Positions 1 to 8,627 of a stretch of 20,000 nucleotides of DNA are shown here, piece after piece. The DNA is from an uncultured virus (IMG/VR IMGVR_UViG_3300037962_000140) (Duplodnaviria; Heunggongvirae; Uroviricota; Caudoviricetes): the IMG/VR virus record IMGVR_UViG_3300037962_000140, positions 61,921 through 81,920 of that record; one strand, 5' to 3'. The first letter of the stretch is position 1. Each line of letters opens with the position of its first letter. The translations under genes and the position numbers were made by a program. A model generated the notes under the pieces. It was not told the origin of the DNA. It saw nothing but the letters and a program-made list of their open reading frames with translations, and did not search any database.

Positions 1-180
1 GCTGAGATAGAAGAGGCTTGCATAAACAAGTCTACTGTTAACGATGTGGTTGGAACTTATCTTCCCTTAGCATTAGGTAAGTCTTGGATATCCGATGGTG
101 AGAAAAAATCTAAGCGTGGTAGTCAAGCCTTGTTTGCTGCGATGGGCGGTAATTCCTTCGCTGTCTGGACTCGCGTATAG
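1..180 (+). CDS. 3' end of a hypothetical protein (truncated by window edge)
   Basis: Frame 1 is open from base 1 (AEIEEACINK...FAVWTRV) to TAG at 178-180 and is followed by an intrinsic terminator. Confidence 0.65.
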   Translation, partial: AEIEEACINKSTVNDVVGTYLPLALGKSWISDGEKKSKRGSQALFAAMGGNSFAVWTRV

Positions 181-204
181 TTAACTAATTAGTTAGCTAA
201 CACT

Positions 205-229
205 AAGCCCACTTCGGTGGGCTTTTTTA
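205..229 (+). terminator. Rho-independent terminator
   Basis: AAGCCCAC-TTCG-GTGGGCTT stem with a C(UUCG)G tetraloop, followed by a T run, 25 nt after a stop codon. Confidence 0.9.
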
Positions 230-495
230 TGTCTAAAATTAGTGCTTGACTAGCCTAGCTAAATATGATATTGGGGCGGCCCGCTAAATTAGGGGTATAC
301 CCCCTATTGACTTTCCCGCTCCCGCCCACCCACCACTACCTTATTCCCGACTCTTTTTCCGCTGTACTTTTGCTATAGGTTCCCTACTCAAAAATTTTTC
401 GCAATGTGTATTGGGACTCCGGCCTTGAAAATTTTCGCCAAATTTTTTTAGGCTGTTGCGTGGTATGCTATCTGGGAGTTACGATTGGCCCCACT

Positions 496-960
496 ATGAT
501 AATCGAATCAGTCGCCGCCGCCGGTGCAATTCTATCCACGATCTCCACTGCCATTAACAAACTGAACGAAGTTGGCGACGGAGCAGCTAAAGCCGTTGAG
601 TTAATGCAAGGGTTCTCTGACGCCTTGGATTCGTTTGAGCGCGAGAAGAAAGATTCGGTTATCAACAACCTCAGCTCACAGGAGCTTCTGAAATTGGAAT
701 CAATAAAACACAGACGCGATCAGTGGGAGAAGTCACTCCACGATATGCTCGTGATTCACGATCCGGCATTGTTGCAACGCTGGGACGAGGCTAAGGCAAG
801 ACAGAAAGCGAATCACAAACGGCAGATGGAAGCTATCAAAGCTAGGGCCGCTGCCCGAAAGAAAATGATTCGTCAGATTTGGATAATTATGGGGGTAACA
901 GCAATAGGGTTACTTTGTTCATTTATATTAATTGGAGGGGTCATACTGATCTTTAAATAA
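496..960 (+). CDS. Hypothetical coiled-coil protein with C-terminal transmembrane helix
   Basis: ORF 406..960; likely true start is ATG 496 (MIIESVAAAGAILS...), since the upstream 30 codons look like non-coding A/T tracts; charged helical core; hydrophobic C-terminus IWIIMGVTAIGLLCSFILIGGVILIFK after a basic patch. Confidence 0.75.
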   Translation: MIIESVAAAGAILSTISTAINKLNEVGDGAAKAVELMQGFSDALDSFEREKKDSVINNLSSQELLKLESIKHRRDQWEKSLHDMLVIHDPALLQRWDEAKARQKANHKRQMEAIKARAAARKKMIRQIWIIMGVTAIGLLCSFILIGGVILIFK

Positions 961-1166
961 TGGATGTAGGAGCACTTACACCAGCTAACCAAATAGCGTG
1001 GCGGCAGGTAGCCGAAGAGCGGTATCAGAAGTTGATGGAAAATACCCAGCGCGAGGAACGACGGCAGGCGGTACAAAATCTGCAGTCAAAGTTATATATC
1101 GCCAAGAATGGTAAGGTAGAAGTACAGATTGCCAGTACCAGACAGAATATTGACCTACTAGCGTAG
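960..1166 (+). CDS. Hypothetical protein (68 aa)
   Basis: TAATG stop/start overlap with the previous gene; plausible helical protein. Confidence 0.7.
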   Translation: MDVGALTPANQIAWRQVAEERYQKLMENTQREERRQAVQNLQSKLYIAKNGKVEVQIASTRQNIDLLA

Positions 1167-1193
1167 TAAAATTTTTCCAGTTACGATTCGCAC

Positions 1194-1490
1194 ATGGCAC
1201 ACGAAACTCGTAAAGCGAATTTAATTAAGAAGCATAATTTAAAGGGTGTAAACAAACCAAAGCGCACACCTAACCATCCGAAGAAATCGCATATGGTATT
1301 AGCGCAGGAAGGCCACAAGTTAAAACTCATTCGTTTTGGGCAACAGGGTGTAAAAACTGCGGGTAAGCCTAAGAAGGGTGAGTCAGCAAAACAAAAGGCG
1401 CGGCGTAAGAGTTTCAAGGCTCGCCATGGAAAGAACATCGCAAAAGGAAAAATGTCAGCGGCTTATTGGGCCGATAAGGTGAAATGGTAA
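1194..1490 (+). CDS. Small highly basic conserved phage protein (probable nucleic-acid binding)
   Basis: K/R-rich; motifs KLIRFGQQG, ARRKSFKARH and SAAYWADKVKW are typical of a widespread uncharacterised phage family. Confidence 0.85.
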   Translation: MAHETRKANLIKKHNLKGVNKPKRTPNHPKKSHMVLAQEGHKLKLIRFGQQGVKTAGKPKKGESAKQKARRKSFKARHGKNIAKGKMSAAYWADKVKW

Positions 1491-2278
1491 TGGCAGACAT
1501 GCAAGCAATCTACGACGAAGAAGCGGGGCTTAACGACGGAGGCGGCTTGATGTCCCTGTTACGCGGAGGCGGTGAAATGCTCCTTGGTCCAGAGATCATG
1601 GACAACTTACCAATGTTATTGCGAGCACTGCAAAACACGAACAAAGATACGCTGACCATGGAACAGATGCGAGATATGTCTGGGCCGCTGGATGAGTCCA
1701 GTTTATCTGTACGATTAAGTAATACCCCTGGATTGGAAGAGTCTATTGGGCCTGAGTTAGCTTTGATGCTTGGAATGGCTGGTGGTCCTGGAGGAAAAGG
1801 AAAGGGTCTAGGAAGTTTATTTGACATGTTAGGCGATTCGCTGGATCCCTCAAAGATTAAACGATATGACGATAAAGAATTTATGGATTTCCAGAAAGCG
1901 TCTAGGGAAGTTGATGAGCAGATAGGTCTTCCCCGAGAAGGCCGCGAAGGGTTCGATGACCTAGTACAAGAGATGCGTGATGAATATATGGATTCAGATG
2001 AAGCGTTAGAAAAGGCCCAACGAGCGCAGAGAATAATAATGCGTAAAGCCAGACGTGATGGCGATATGATGGCCACGGGTGGTCGCCCAGGATTGTACGC
2101 AAATATACACGCGAAGCGTAAGCGTATAGCAGCAGGGTCTGGTGAGCGGATGCGAAGGAAAGGTGAGAAAGGCGCACCCACCGCTGAGAATTTTAGGCAA
2201 GCCGCGAAAACTGCAAAGAAAGCTAATGGCGGTGCTTTAAGTTATAAACAAGGTTACTACGGCAAGAGCTATAAATGA
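1490..2278 (+). CDS. Modular hypothetical protein: acidic N-terminal part plus basic C-terminal GLYANIHAKRKR module
   Basis: ORF 1484..2278, with likely start at ATG 1490 (TAATG coupling); contains LNDGG, MATGG and KANGG motifs. Confidence 0.75.
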   Translation: MADMQAIYDEEAGLNDGGGLMSLLRGGGEMLLGPEIMDNLPMLLRALQNTNKDTLTMEQMRDMSGPLDESSLSVRLSNTPGLEESIGPELALMLGMAGGPGGKGKGLGSLFDMLGDSLDPSKIKRYDDKEFMDFQKASREVDEQIGLPREGREGFDDLVQEMRDEYMDSDEALEKAQRAQRIIMRKARRDGDMMATGGRPGLYANIHAKRKRIAAGSGERMRRKGEKGAPTAENFRQAAKTAKKANGGALSYKQGYYGKSYK

Positions 2279-2835
2279 GCGAATTGTCGGTTGTAAAAAA
2301 GACTGTTCCGTTAGATCTGGAACACGAATTTACATCTAGTGAAGTACAAGCGTTTGTAGAGTATAAAAGAAAACAAAAAGAGTTCAGAGAAAAAATTACT
2401 CAGTTTGAACAAGCCGTTGTTCAACACCCTTCTAAAATAGAAGACGTTGACGAGGTAAACCCACTTAGACACAGTTTCGCAGATGGACAGTATATTCGAC
2501 AAATGTCCAATCCTGCAGGGGTGTTTATCGTTACGAAAATACATAATAAAAACCATCCGTTTTTCTTGATGAAAGGTGAGATGACGATTTTTTCAGAAGA
2601 CGGGTTAGAGCGTATTTCTGCTCCTTATCAAGGGATTACAAAAGCAGGAACTAAACGCGCAATGTACACTCATACAGAATGTATCTTTATTACCGTACAT
2701 GCAACAGATAAATTAAACATAGACGATGTTGAGGATGAAGTAATCGCTAAGTCGTTTGAAGATGTGAACTTACTTCCCCCTGACATTAAACAGGTTGAAA
2801 ATTTAATTGTTCAATTACAGGAAAAACAATTATGA
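2275..2835 (+). CDS. Cupin-fold (RmlC-like) phage protein
   Basis: LRHSFADGQYIRQM..PAG..IVTKIH...HPFFLMKG and GTKRAMYTHTECIFITVH match the His-containing phage cupin pattern; ATGA overlaps at both ends. Confidence 0.75.
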   Translation: MSELSVVKKTVPLDLEHEFTSSEVQAFVEYKRKQKEFREKITQFEQAVVQHPSKIEDVDEVNPLRHSFADGQYIRQMSNPAGVFIVTKIHNKNHPFFLMKGEMTIFSEDGLERISAPYQGITKAGTKRAMYTHTECIFITVHATDKLNIDDVEDEVIAKSFEDVNLLPPDIKQVENLIVQLQEKQL

Positions 2836-4013
2836 GCTTTATAACGGCAGCGATAATAGGAGCAGTTGCTACTGCGGGAGCAACAGCATATTCGTCAAAA
2901 CAAGCAAGAAAAGCTCAGAAAAAGGCTAGAGAGGATCAACAGCTTCGAGATCTAATTGAAGGTGCAGCTCCCAATATTTCCGCTGTTGAGGAAATTATAG
3001 CAGAGGAGATTGGACAGCAAGACGCGGCTCTACTTGACGATGCATTAAAACAAATGGATTATCAAACTCAACAAGCCCAAGAGGGAGCTGATTTTGCAGC
3101 TCAAGCGCAAGCTGATCAAGCTCTTCAACAAGCACTTACAGAAGAGGAAGCCCTGCAACTTTTACAACAGCAAGGTGGAATTGCGGGCATGGCTCGCGGT
3201 GGTCCTATAGGAACTCCGAACGACACTTATTATTTCAGCGTTCCTCAAGTAATGCAGATGATGAAAGACCCTAATCCCCAGATTCAAGGAGTGGGAATAC
3301 AACTAGCTGACCAGATGACTTCCACTCCTGGAATGTCTATGGTTCCTGCAACACCAGACCAGATTCGAAGCATGGCTTACGGAGGGCAGGTAGAACCAAA
3401 AAAGCTCGCTGACGGCGACGTGGTAGATGAGTTTAGCGTCGCTGATTTAGGAGATGGATTATACGATATGCGACGTTTAGGCTCAGACGGTCGTCATTCA
3501 CAGTATAGAGAGATAACTTATGAAAGACCTCTAACCGAAGACGAAGGAGGCTGGCCTGCTGAAAGGGTAAGAGAATTTAAAGAAAGACGCGAATTATTTG
3601 GAAAATTAGCTACTCCTTATGTTTTAGCTGGAGAAGAAATACCAGACGACATAAAACGATTAAACCCAGAACTACCAGTTGAATATCCCCCTGTTCGCAT
3701 TGAGAGTGAACAAGCTAGTCGACAAAGTAGTAAACCGTATTACGATGATGGCGGGGTAGTTACTGATCCTGACCCAATGAATCAAGTTATTAAAGATTTA
3801 TTAGTGAGTCAGATTCCAGGAGTTTCTCAAGCACGTGCTCTAAAAGATGTAAAGGAAGCTGAAGGTCTGGAAAAATTAGTAGAAGCATTAGACTTAGCTC
3901 CTATAAATCCTGTAAAACTAGGTAGAGGAATGAAAGAAAGAATCGCGGCTCGTAGAGCTGCAAGAAGAGCTGCTGAAGAGGAAGCTGAATCTAGAGTCTT
4001 CGGTCCGAGGTGA
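2832..4013 (+). CDS. Putative internal virion/ejection (DNA transfer) protein
   Basis: Hydrophobic Ala/Gly N-terminus followed by SSKQARKAQKKA, as in small podovirus ejection proteins; Q/A-rich helical region; repeated xxxGG motifs. Confidence 0.55.
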   Translation: MSFITAAIIGAVATAGATAYSSKQARKAQKKAREDQQLRDLIEGAAPNISAVEEIIAEEIGQQDAALLDDALKQMDYQTQQAQEGADFAAQAQADQALQQALTEEEALQLLQQQGGIAGMARGGPIGTPNDTYYFSVPQVMQMMKDPNPQIQGVGIQLADQMTSTPGMSMVPATPDQIRSMAYGGQVEPKKLADGDVVDEFSVADLGDGLYDMRRLGSDGRHSQYREITYERPLTEDEGGWPAERVREFKERRELFGKLATPYVLAGEEIPDDIKRLNPELPVEYPPVRIESEQASRQSSKPYYDDGGVVTDPDPMNQVIKDLLVSQIPGVSQARALKDVKEAEGLEKLVEALDLAPINPVKLGRGMKERIAARRAARRAAEEEAESRVFGPR

Positions 4014-5527
4014 GCGACCCACTAGACCAGTTGCGAAATGTTGATCTTTCGCATCTGTCAAAACAAGAAGCTAAGGAGTTTACCCTTCTTCTTGAAGAGT
4101 TGGATTTACGCGAGAAACGAGATTCTTCCGCAGCGACCTTCTATGATTTTGTATTAAACATCTGGCCTGAGTTTATTGCGGGGTCTCACCATAAGAAAAT
4201 GGCTGAGGCTTTCGACAAGATTGCAAACGGCGAATCAAAAAGACTAATTATCAATATGCCGCCCAGACATACTAAGTCTGAGTTTGCGTCATATCTGTTT
4301 CCTGCCTACTTGTTAGGTAAACGTCCTAAGTTAAAAATCATTGAAGCAACACACACCGCTGACCTTGCAATAAATTTCGGTAGACGTGTGCGTGACTTAA
4401 TTGAAAGCGATGATTATGCAGAGATTTTTCCCAGTACACAGCTAAAGGCTGACTCACGAAGTGCTGGTAAATGGCTGACCTCTCAGGGGGGAGAGTACTA
4501 TGCCTCTGGTATTGGGGGTGCTCTCGCAGGGAGAGGTGCGGATTTGTTTATTATTGACGATCCGCACTCTGAACAAGACGCGTTTTCTGACAAAGCGTTA
4601 GACGAAGCGTACGAATGGTATCAAACTGGGCCGCGTCAGCGTCTACAACCAGGAGGTGCCATCGTTATTGTGATGACTCGTTGGTCTAAAAAGGACTTAA
4701 CGGGTAAGTTAATCAAACGAATGACGCAGGAGAAAGGGGGCGATGAGTGGGAGTTAATAGAATTCCCTGCAATTTTGCCGTCAGGCACACCGTTATGGCC
4801 TGAGTTCTGGAAACTAGATGAACTTCAAGCAACGAAATCTTCGATACCTCCGTCTAAATGGGCAGCTCAGTACATGCAGCGGCCAACTGGTGAAGGTATT
4901 TCTATTATTCCGAAAGAATGGATCAAACATTGGCCTGAAGACAACCCTCCATCTTGCGAATATTTAATACAAAGTTACGATACAGCGTTTCTAAAGTCTG
5001 AACGTGCCGACTATACTGCAATAACAACGTGGGGAGTTTTCCATCCAGAAGGAAAAATTGGTGATGAGTTGTATAGTGGAGCTGATGCACACCTGATTCT
5101 GCTAGATTGTGTTAAAGAACGGCTAGACTTTCCCGAACTCAAGCGTGAAGCGATGCGTTTATACGAACATTGGGAGCCTGATTCTGTAATAATTGAGACA
5201 AAAGCGTCTGGTATCCCGCTAACGCAGGAATTACGGCGACAAGGAATACCGATTAACACGTTTTCTCCTAGCAAAGGACAAGATAAGATTGCAAGACTTA
5301 ACACGGTAAGTGCAATTTTCCAAGAGGGCCGAGTTTGGTTGCCTGAAACGTCTTGGGCACAAGAATTAATGGATGAAATTGTTGATTTTCCTAACGGAGA
5401 GAACGACGATTGCGTAGATGCGACAACTTTAGCGTTAATGCGCTTTAGAAACGGTGGATTTTTGCGTTTAGAAACTGATTATCAGGACGAAGAAGATTAT
5501 TACCCAAAAGTCCGTGCATATTATTGA
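4010..5527 (+). CDS. terL: Terminase large subunit
   Basis: Walker A-like INMPPRHTKSEF, Walker B LFIIDDPH, coupling motif VMTRW, RNase H-like nuclease QSYDTAF...IETKASG...DDCVDA; GTG start overlaps the previous stop. Confidence 0.96.
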   Translation: MSDPLDQLRNVDLSHLSKQEAKEFTLLLEELDLREKRDSSAATFYDFVLNIWPEFIAGSHHKKMAEAFDKIANGESKRLIINMPPRHTKSEFASYLFPAYLLGKRPKLKIIEATHTADLAINFGRRVRDLIESDDYAEIFPSTQLKADSRSAGKWLTSQGGEYYASGIGGALAGRGADLFIIDDPHSEQDAFSDKALDEAYEWYQTGPRQRLQPGGAIVIVMTRWSKKDLTGKLIKRMTQEKGGDEWELIEFPAILPSGTPLWPEFWKLDELQATKSSIPPSKWAAQYMQRPTGEGISIIPKEWIKHWPEDNPPSCEYLIQSYDTAFLKSERADYTAITTWGVFHPEGKIGDELYSGADAHLILLDCVKERLDFPELKREAMRLYEHWEPDSVIIETKASGIPLTQELRRQGIPINTFSPSKGQDKIARLNTVSAIFQEGRVWLPETSWAQELMDEIVDFPNGENDDCVDATTLALMRFRNGGFLRLETDYQDEEDYYPKVRAYY

Positions 5528-5556
5528 TTTACTGACTTAAAAAAGAAGAGTATGGT
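5528..5556 (+). promoter_or_regulatory. Possible sigma70-type promoter for the portal operon
   Basis: TTTACT-17 nt-TATGGT fills the short intergenic gap, ending 8 nt before the ATG. Confidence 0.3.
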
Positions 5557-5564
5557 GGCGAATT

Positions 5565-7937
5565 ATGGCAGAATTCCAAGTTCCACAAGATCTTGAAGGC
5601 GAAGAAGAGCTAGAAATCCTTTTTGATGAGGATGATAATGTTCTTTACCCCGAAGCACTGCAAGCTGAGGGTGAAATGCCTTTCGGTGAGAACATGGCTG
5701 ACTATCTTGAGGATAGTGTTCTAGGTCAAATCTCCTCACAGCTTATTTCTTCTTACGAAGACGACTTATCTTCACGACAAGACTGGTATGAGACCTTTAG
5801 AAACGGTCTTGACTTGTTAGGAATTGATAGCGAAGCTCGCAGTGAGCCGTTTGAAGGTGCAAGCGGGGTATACCACCCGTTACTAGCTGAAGCTACCACG
5901 CATTTTCAAGCACAAGCATACAAAGAACTTTTACCGGCTAATGGACCTGTAGATACAAAGGTTATGGGAGCATCTAACGACCCTAAACTGATGCAGGCTA
6001 ACCGCGTAAAAGATTTCATGAATTATCAGCTAATGTATAAGATGGAAGAATACGATCCTGAAATGGATCAAATGTTGTTCTTCCTTCCGTTAGCAGGATC
6101 TGCATTTAAAAAGTGTTATTACGACCCTTCGATGGGACGAGTCGTTTCTCGTTTTGTTAAAGCTGAAGATTTAGTCGTTCCGTACACAACCACGGATTTA
6201 CATACCACTCCTCGGATTACGCACGTCATTAAAATGACTGAGAACGATATGCGTAAGTTACAGCTTAGTGGTTTCTATCGCGACGTAGGTATGACGCCTC
6301 CTGGATATACTACAGACGAAAATGTCATACAAGAAAAGATTGACGAATTAGATGGAGTTTCTAGAACAGGTTCTTCTGAAGAATACACGTTGTTAGAGTG
6401 TCATGTAGAACTAGATATAGAAGGATTCGAACACACAGATGCGAACGGTGAAACGACTGGATTAGCGTTACCGTATATTGTAACTATTTGCCAAGACAAC
6501 AGTGAAGTTTTGTCGATTAGACAGAACTACGATGAGATTGATCCTATGCGTAAAAAGATTGAATACTTTACGCATTATAAATTCCTTCCTGGATTAGGAT
6601 TTTATGGGTTCGGGCTGATTCACATGATTGGTGGAGTAACTAAGTCTGCTACAGCAATACTGAGACAGCTAATTGATGCAGGCACACTTGCTAATCTACC
6701 GGCTGGTTTCAAATCACGCGGATTGAATATACAGCGTTCAGATGACCCATTACAACCAGGAGAGTGGCGTGACGTTGACGCTCCTGGAGGTACTATTCGC
6801 GATTCCTTCTTACCGTTGCCGTATAAAGAACCTAGTGCAACTTTAGCCCAGCTGCTGGGGTTATTAGTTGAATCTGGACAACGGTTTGCGGCAGTAATGG
6901 ATCAGCAGACGGGAGAAGGCAATAGTCAAGCTCCTGTAGGCACTACTGTCGCCCTTTTAGAAAAAGGCCAGAAGGTTATTTCTTCGATACATAAGCGACT
7001 ACATTATGCACAGAAGAATGAGTTTAAGATTCTAAAACGATTATTCGGAGAGTATCTACCTCCTGAATATCCGTACCAAGTACAAGGAGCACAACAGACT
7101 GTTTTTGCTCAGGACTTCAATAACAGTGTAGACATTGTTCCTGTTTGCGACCCTAACATTTTTAGTACTACGCAACGAATTATCTTAGCGCAGACGCAAC
7201 TACAGATGGCGCAAAGTGCACCTCAGATTCACAATATGAAAGAAGCCTTCCGTAAGATGTATCTTGCGTTAAATATCAAAGATATTGACGACGTGCTTCT
7301 TCCTGACTTTGCCCCTACGCCTAAAGATCCTGTTCAGGAAAACATGGACGCATTAATGAATGTTCCGTTAAAAGCGTTTCCTCAGCAGAATCATGATGCA
7401 CACATCCAAGCACATATGGCGTTTATGCAAAGCCCACAGATACAGCAGAACCCACAAGCAATGTCAGCGTTACAAGCGCATATTCAAGAACACATTGCAT
7501 TGAAGTATCGAGTGCAGATGGAACAGATACTAGCTGAACAAGGTATTCAGTTACCACAGCCTGGACCAGATGGTCAAATGCCGCAGCTTCCACCTGAAAT
7601 GGAAAGTCAGATTGCGGTAGCGGCTGCTCAAGCTACGCAGCAAATAACAGGTCAAGAACAAGCACTAGCGCAAGCGATGGCGGCACAACAACAAGATCCG
7701 CAACGCCAGATGTTTGAAGAACAGATGGAACTTGAATTTGAGAAAATTAATCAACGCGACAGAGAATCTGAACGCAAGATGCAACTTGAAAGAGAGAAGA
7801 TTGAGTCTCAAGAACAGCAAACAGATATTAAGGTTGCTGCAGAACTTCAAGAAGCTGAAATGCAGAATGAGCGAGACATGGACTCTAACCTAACTGAGAT
7901 CGCGAAAGTTGTTCGCGAATCCAGAGAACAGGAATAG
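5565..7937 (+). CDS. Portal protein (podovirus/P22-like, long C-terminal coiled-coil barrel)
   Basis: Directly follows terL; 790 aa; motifs HPLLAEA, GSAFKKCYYD, GFYGFGLIHMIG, LRQLIDAGTLANLP, APVGTTVALLE; Q/E-rich C-terminus. Confidence 0.9.
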   Translation: MAEFQVPQDLEGEEELEILFDEDDNVLYPEALQAEGEMPFGENMADYLEDSVLGQISSQLISSYEDDLSSRQDWYETFRNGLDLLGIDSEARSEPFEGASGVYHPLLAEATTHFQAQAYKELLPANGPVDTKVMGASNDPKLMQANRVKDFMNYQLMYKMEEYDPEMDQMLFFLPLAGSAFKKCYYDPSMGRVVSRFVKAEDLVVPYTTTDLHTTPRITHVIKMTENDMRKLQLSGFYRDVGMTPPGYTTDENVIQEKIDELDGVSRTGSSEEYTLLECHVELDIEGFEHTDANGETTGLALPYIVTICQDNSEVLSIRQNYDEIDPMRKKIEYFTHYKFLPGLGFYGFGLIHMIGGVTKSATAILRQLIDAGTLANLPAGFKSRGLNIQRSDDPLQPGEWRDVDAPGGTIRDSFLPLPYKEPSATLAQLLGLLVESGQRFAAVMDQQTGEGNSQAPVGTTVALLEKGQKVISSIHKRLHYAQKNEFKILKRLFGEYLPPEYPYQVQGAQQTVFAQDFNNSVDIVPVCDPNIFSTTQRIILAQTQLQMAQSAPQIHNMKEAFRKMYLALNIKDIDDVLLPDFAPTPKDPVQENMDALMNVPLKAFPQQNHDAHIQAHMAFMQSPQIQQNPQAMSALQAHIQEHIALKYRVQMEQILAEQGIQLPQPGPDGQMPQLPPEMESQIAVAAAQATQQITGQEQALAQAMAAQQQDPQRQMFEEQMELEFEKINQRDRESERKMQLEREKIESQEQQTDIKVAAELQEAEMQNERDMDSNLTEIAKVVRESREQE

Positions 7938-8627
7938 GTGGCTTATTTATTAAGCAACATACCTCATTTTAACGCATGGATCCGAAAAGAATTTACACAC
8001 AATCACATAGACTATCACGGAGAGTATTTACACGCGGTTGTTTTTGCTGTAAATACCATTCCGGACAGATGTCTATCTTTTCAAGTAGTCTTTACGGGAT
8101 TTGAACTTGATGCAGAAGAGGATGCAGAAAATATACACGGTGGCGCGATGTGGGCTAGGATGCCTATAACTGCGCTTGTTGCAGACTCCGTTTTAGAGGA
8201 GATGCCTGAAGCTATGCCTACGCATTTAGCTCAGCCGTGGGATTGTAGTTCTCATGAACATGCAGTAATCAAAATGGATCGTGTTTCCTCTAGCCCTTGG
8301 CTTTGTAAGATAGATAATGAATTCCACACTGGACGTTATTTATTTACTGTTGACTACACTGGAAATGATATCGCTGATGATCCAGCACAACATAAACAAA
8401 GTCATGTGTTAGAACTAACGGATGCTGGTAAGTGGACAGGTAATATTGTTGCACTTCCTAACAACCGTGTAAGAGCGACTAACCCAGCACTTTGGGAGAC
8501 AGGATCAGGCGCACCTGATTTTTATCCTAGTCAGCATTTACACAGTGCAGAAATTCATGACAGTTACATGGATCCAAAAGTGACTTTTAATAATTTGTAT
8601 TCAGAAGGAGACAAAAGTGAAAGGTAG
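7938..8627 (+). CDS. Conserved phage protein of unknown function
   Basis: GTG start immediately after the portal stop; globular composition with GAMWARMPI, QPWDC, YLFTVD, HKQSH and ALPNNRV motifs. Confidence 0.85.
   Translation: MAYLLSNIPHFNAWIRKEFTHNHIDYHGEYLHAVVFAVNTIPDRCLSFQVVFTGFELDAEEDAENIHGGAMWARMPITALVADSVLEEMPEAMPTHLAQPWDCSSHEHAVIKMDRVSSSPWLCKIDNEFHTGRYLFTVDYTGNDIADDPAQHKQSHVLELTDAGKWTGNIVALPNNRVRATNPALWETGSGAPDFYPSQHLHSAEIHDSYMDPKVTFNNLYSEGDKSER

Noticed and set aside
246..272. TTGACT...TATGAT promoter-like pair
   Set aside because: The spacer is only 12 nt, which is incompatible with sigma70 geometry.
406..495. Longer N-terminus of ORF 406..960
   Set aside because: Alternative start codon, no RBS, and A/T-tract sequence; ATG 496 gives a more typical N-terminus.
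1510..2181. 223-aa antisense ORF
   Set aside because: Lies opposite a coupled + strand gene, is S/P/R-rich shadow sequence, and has no RBS.
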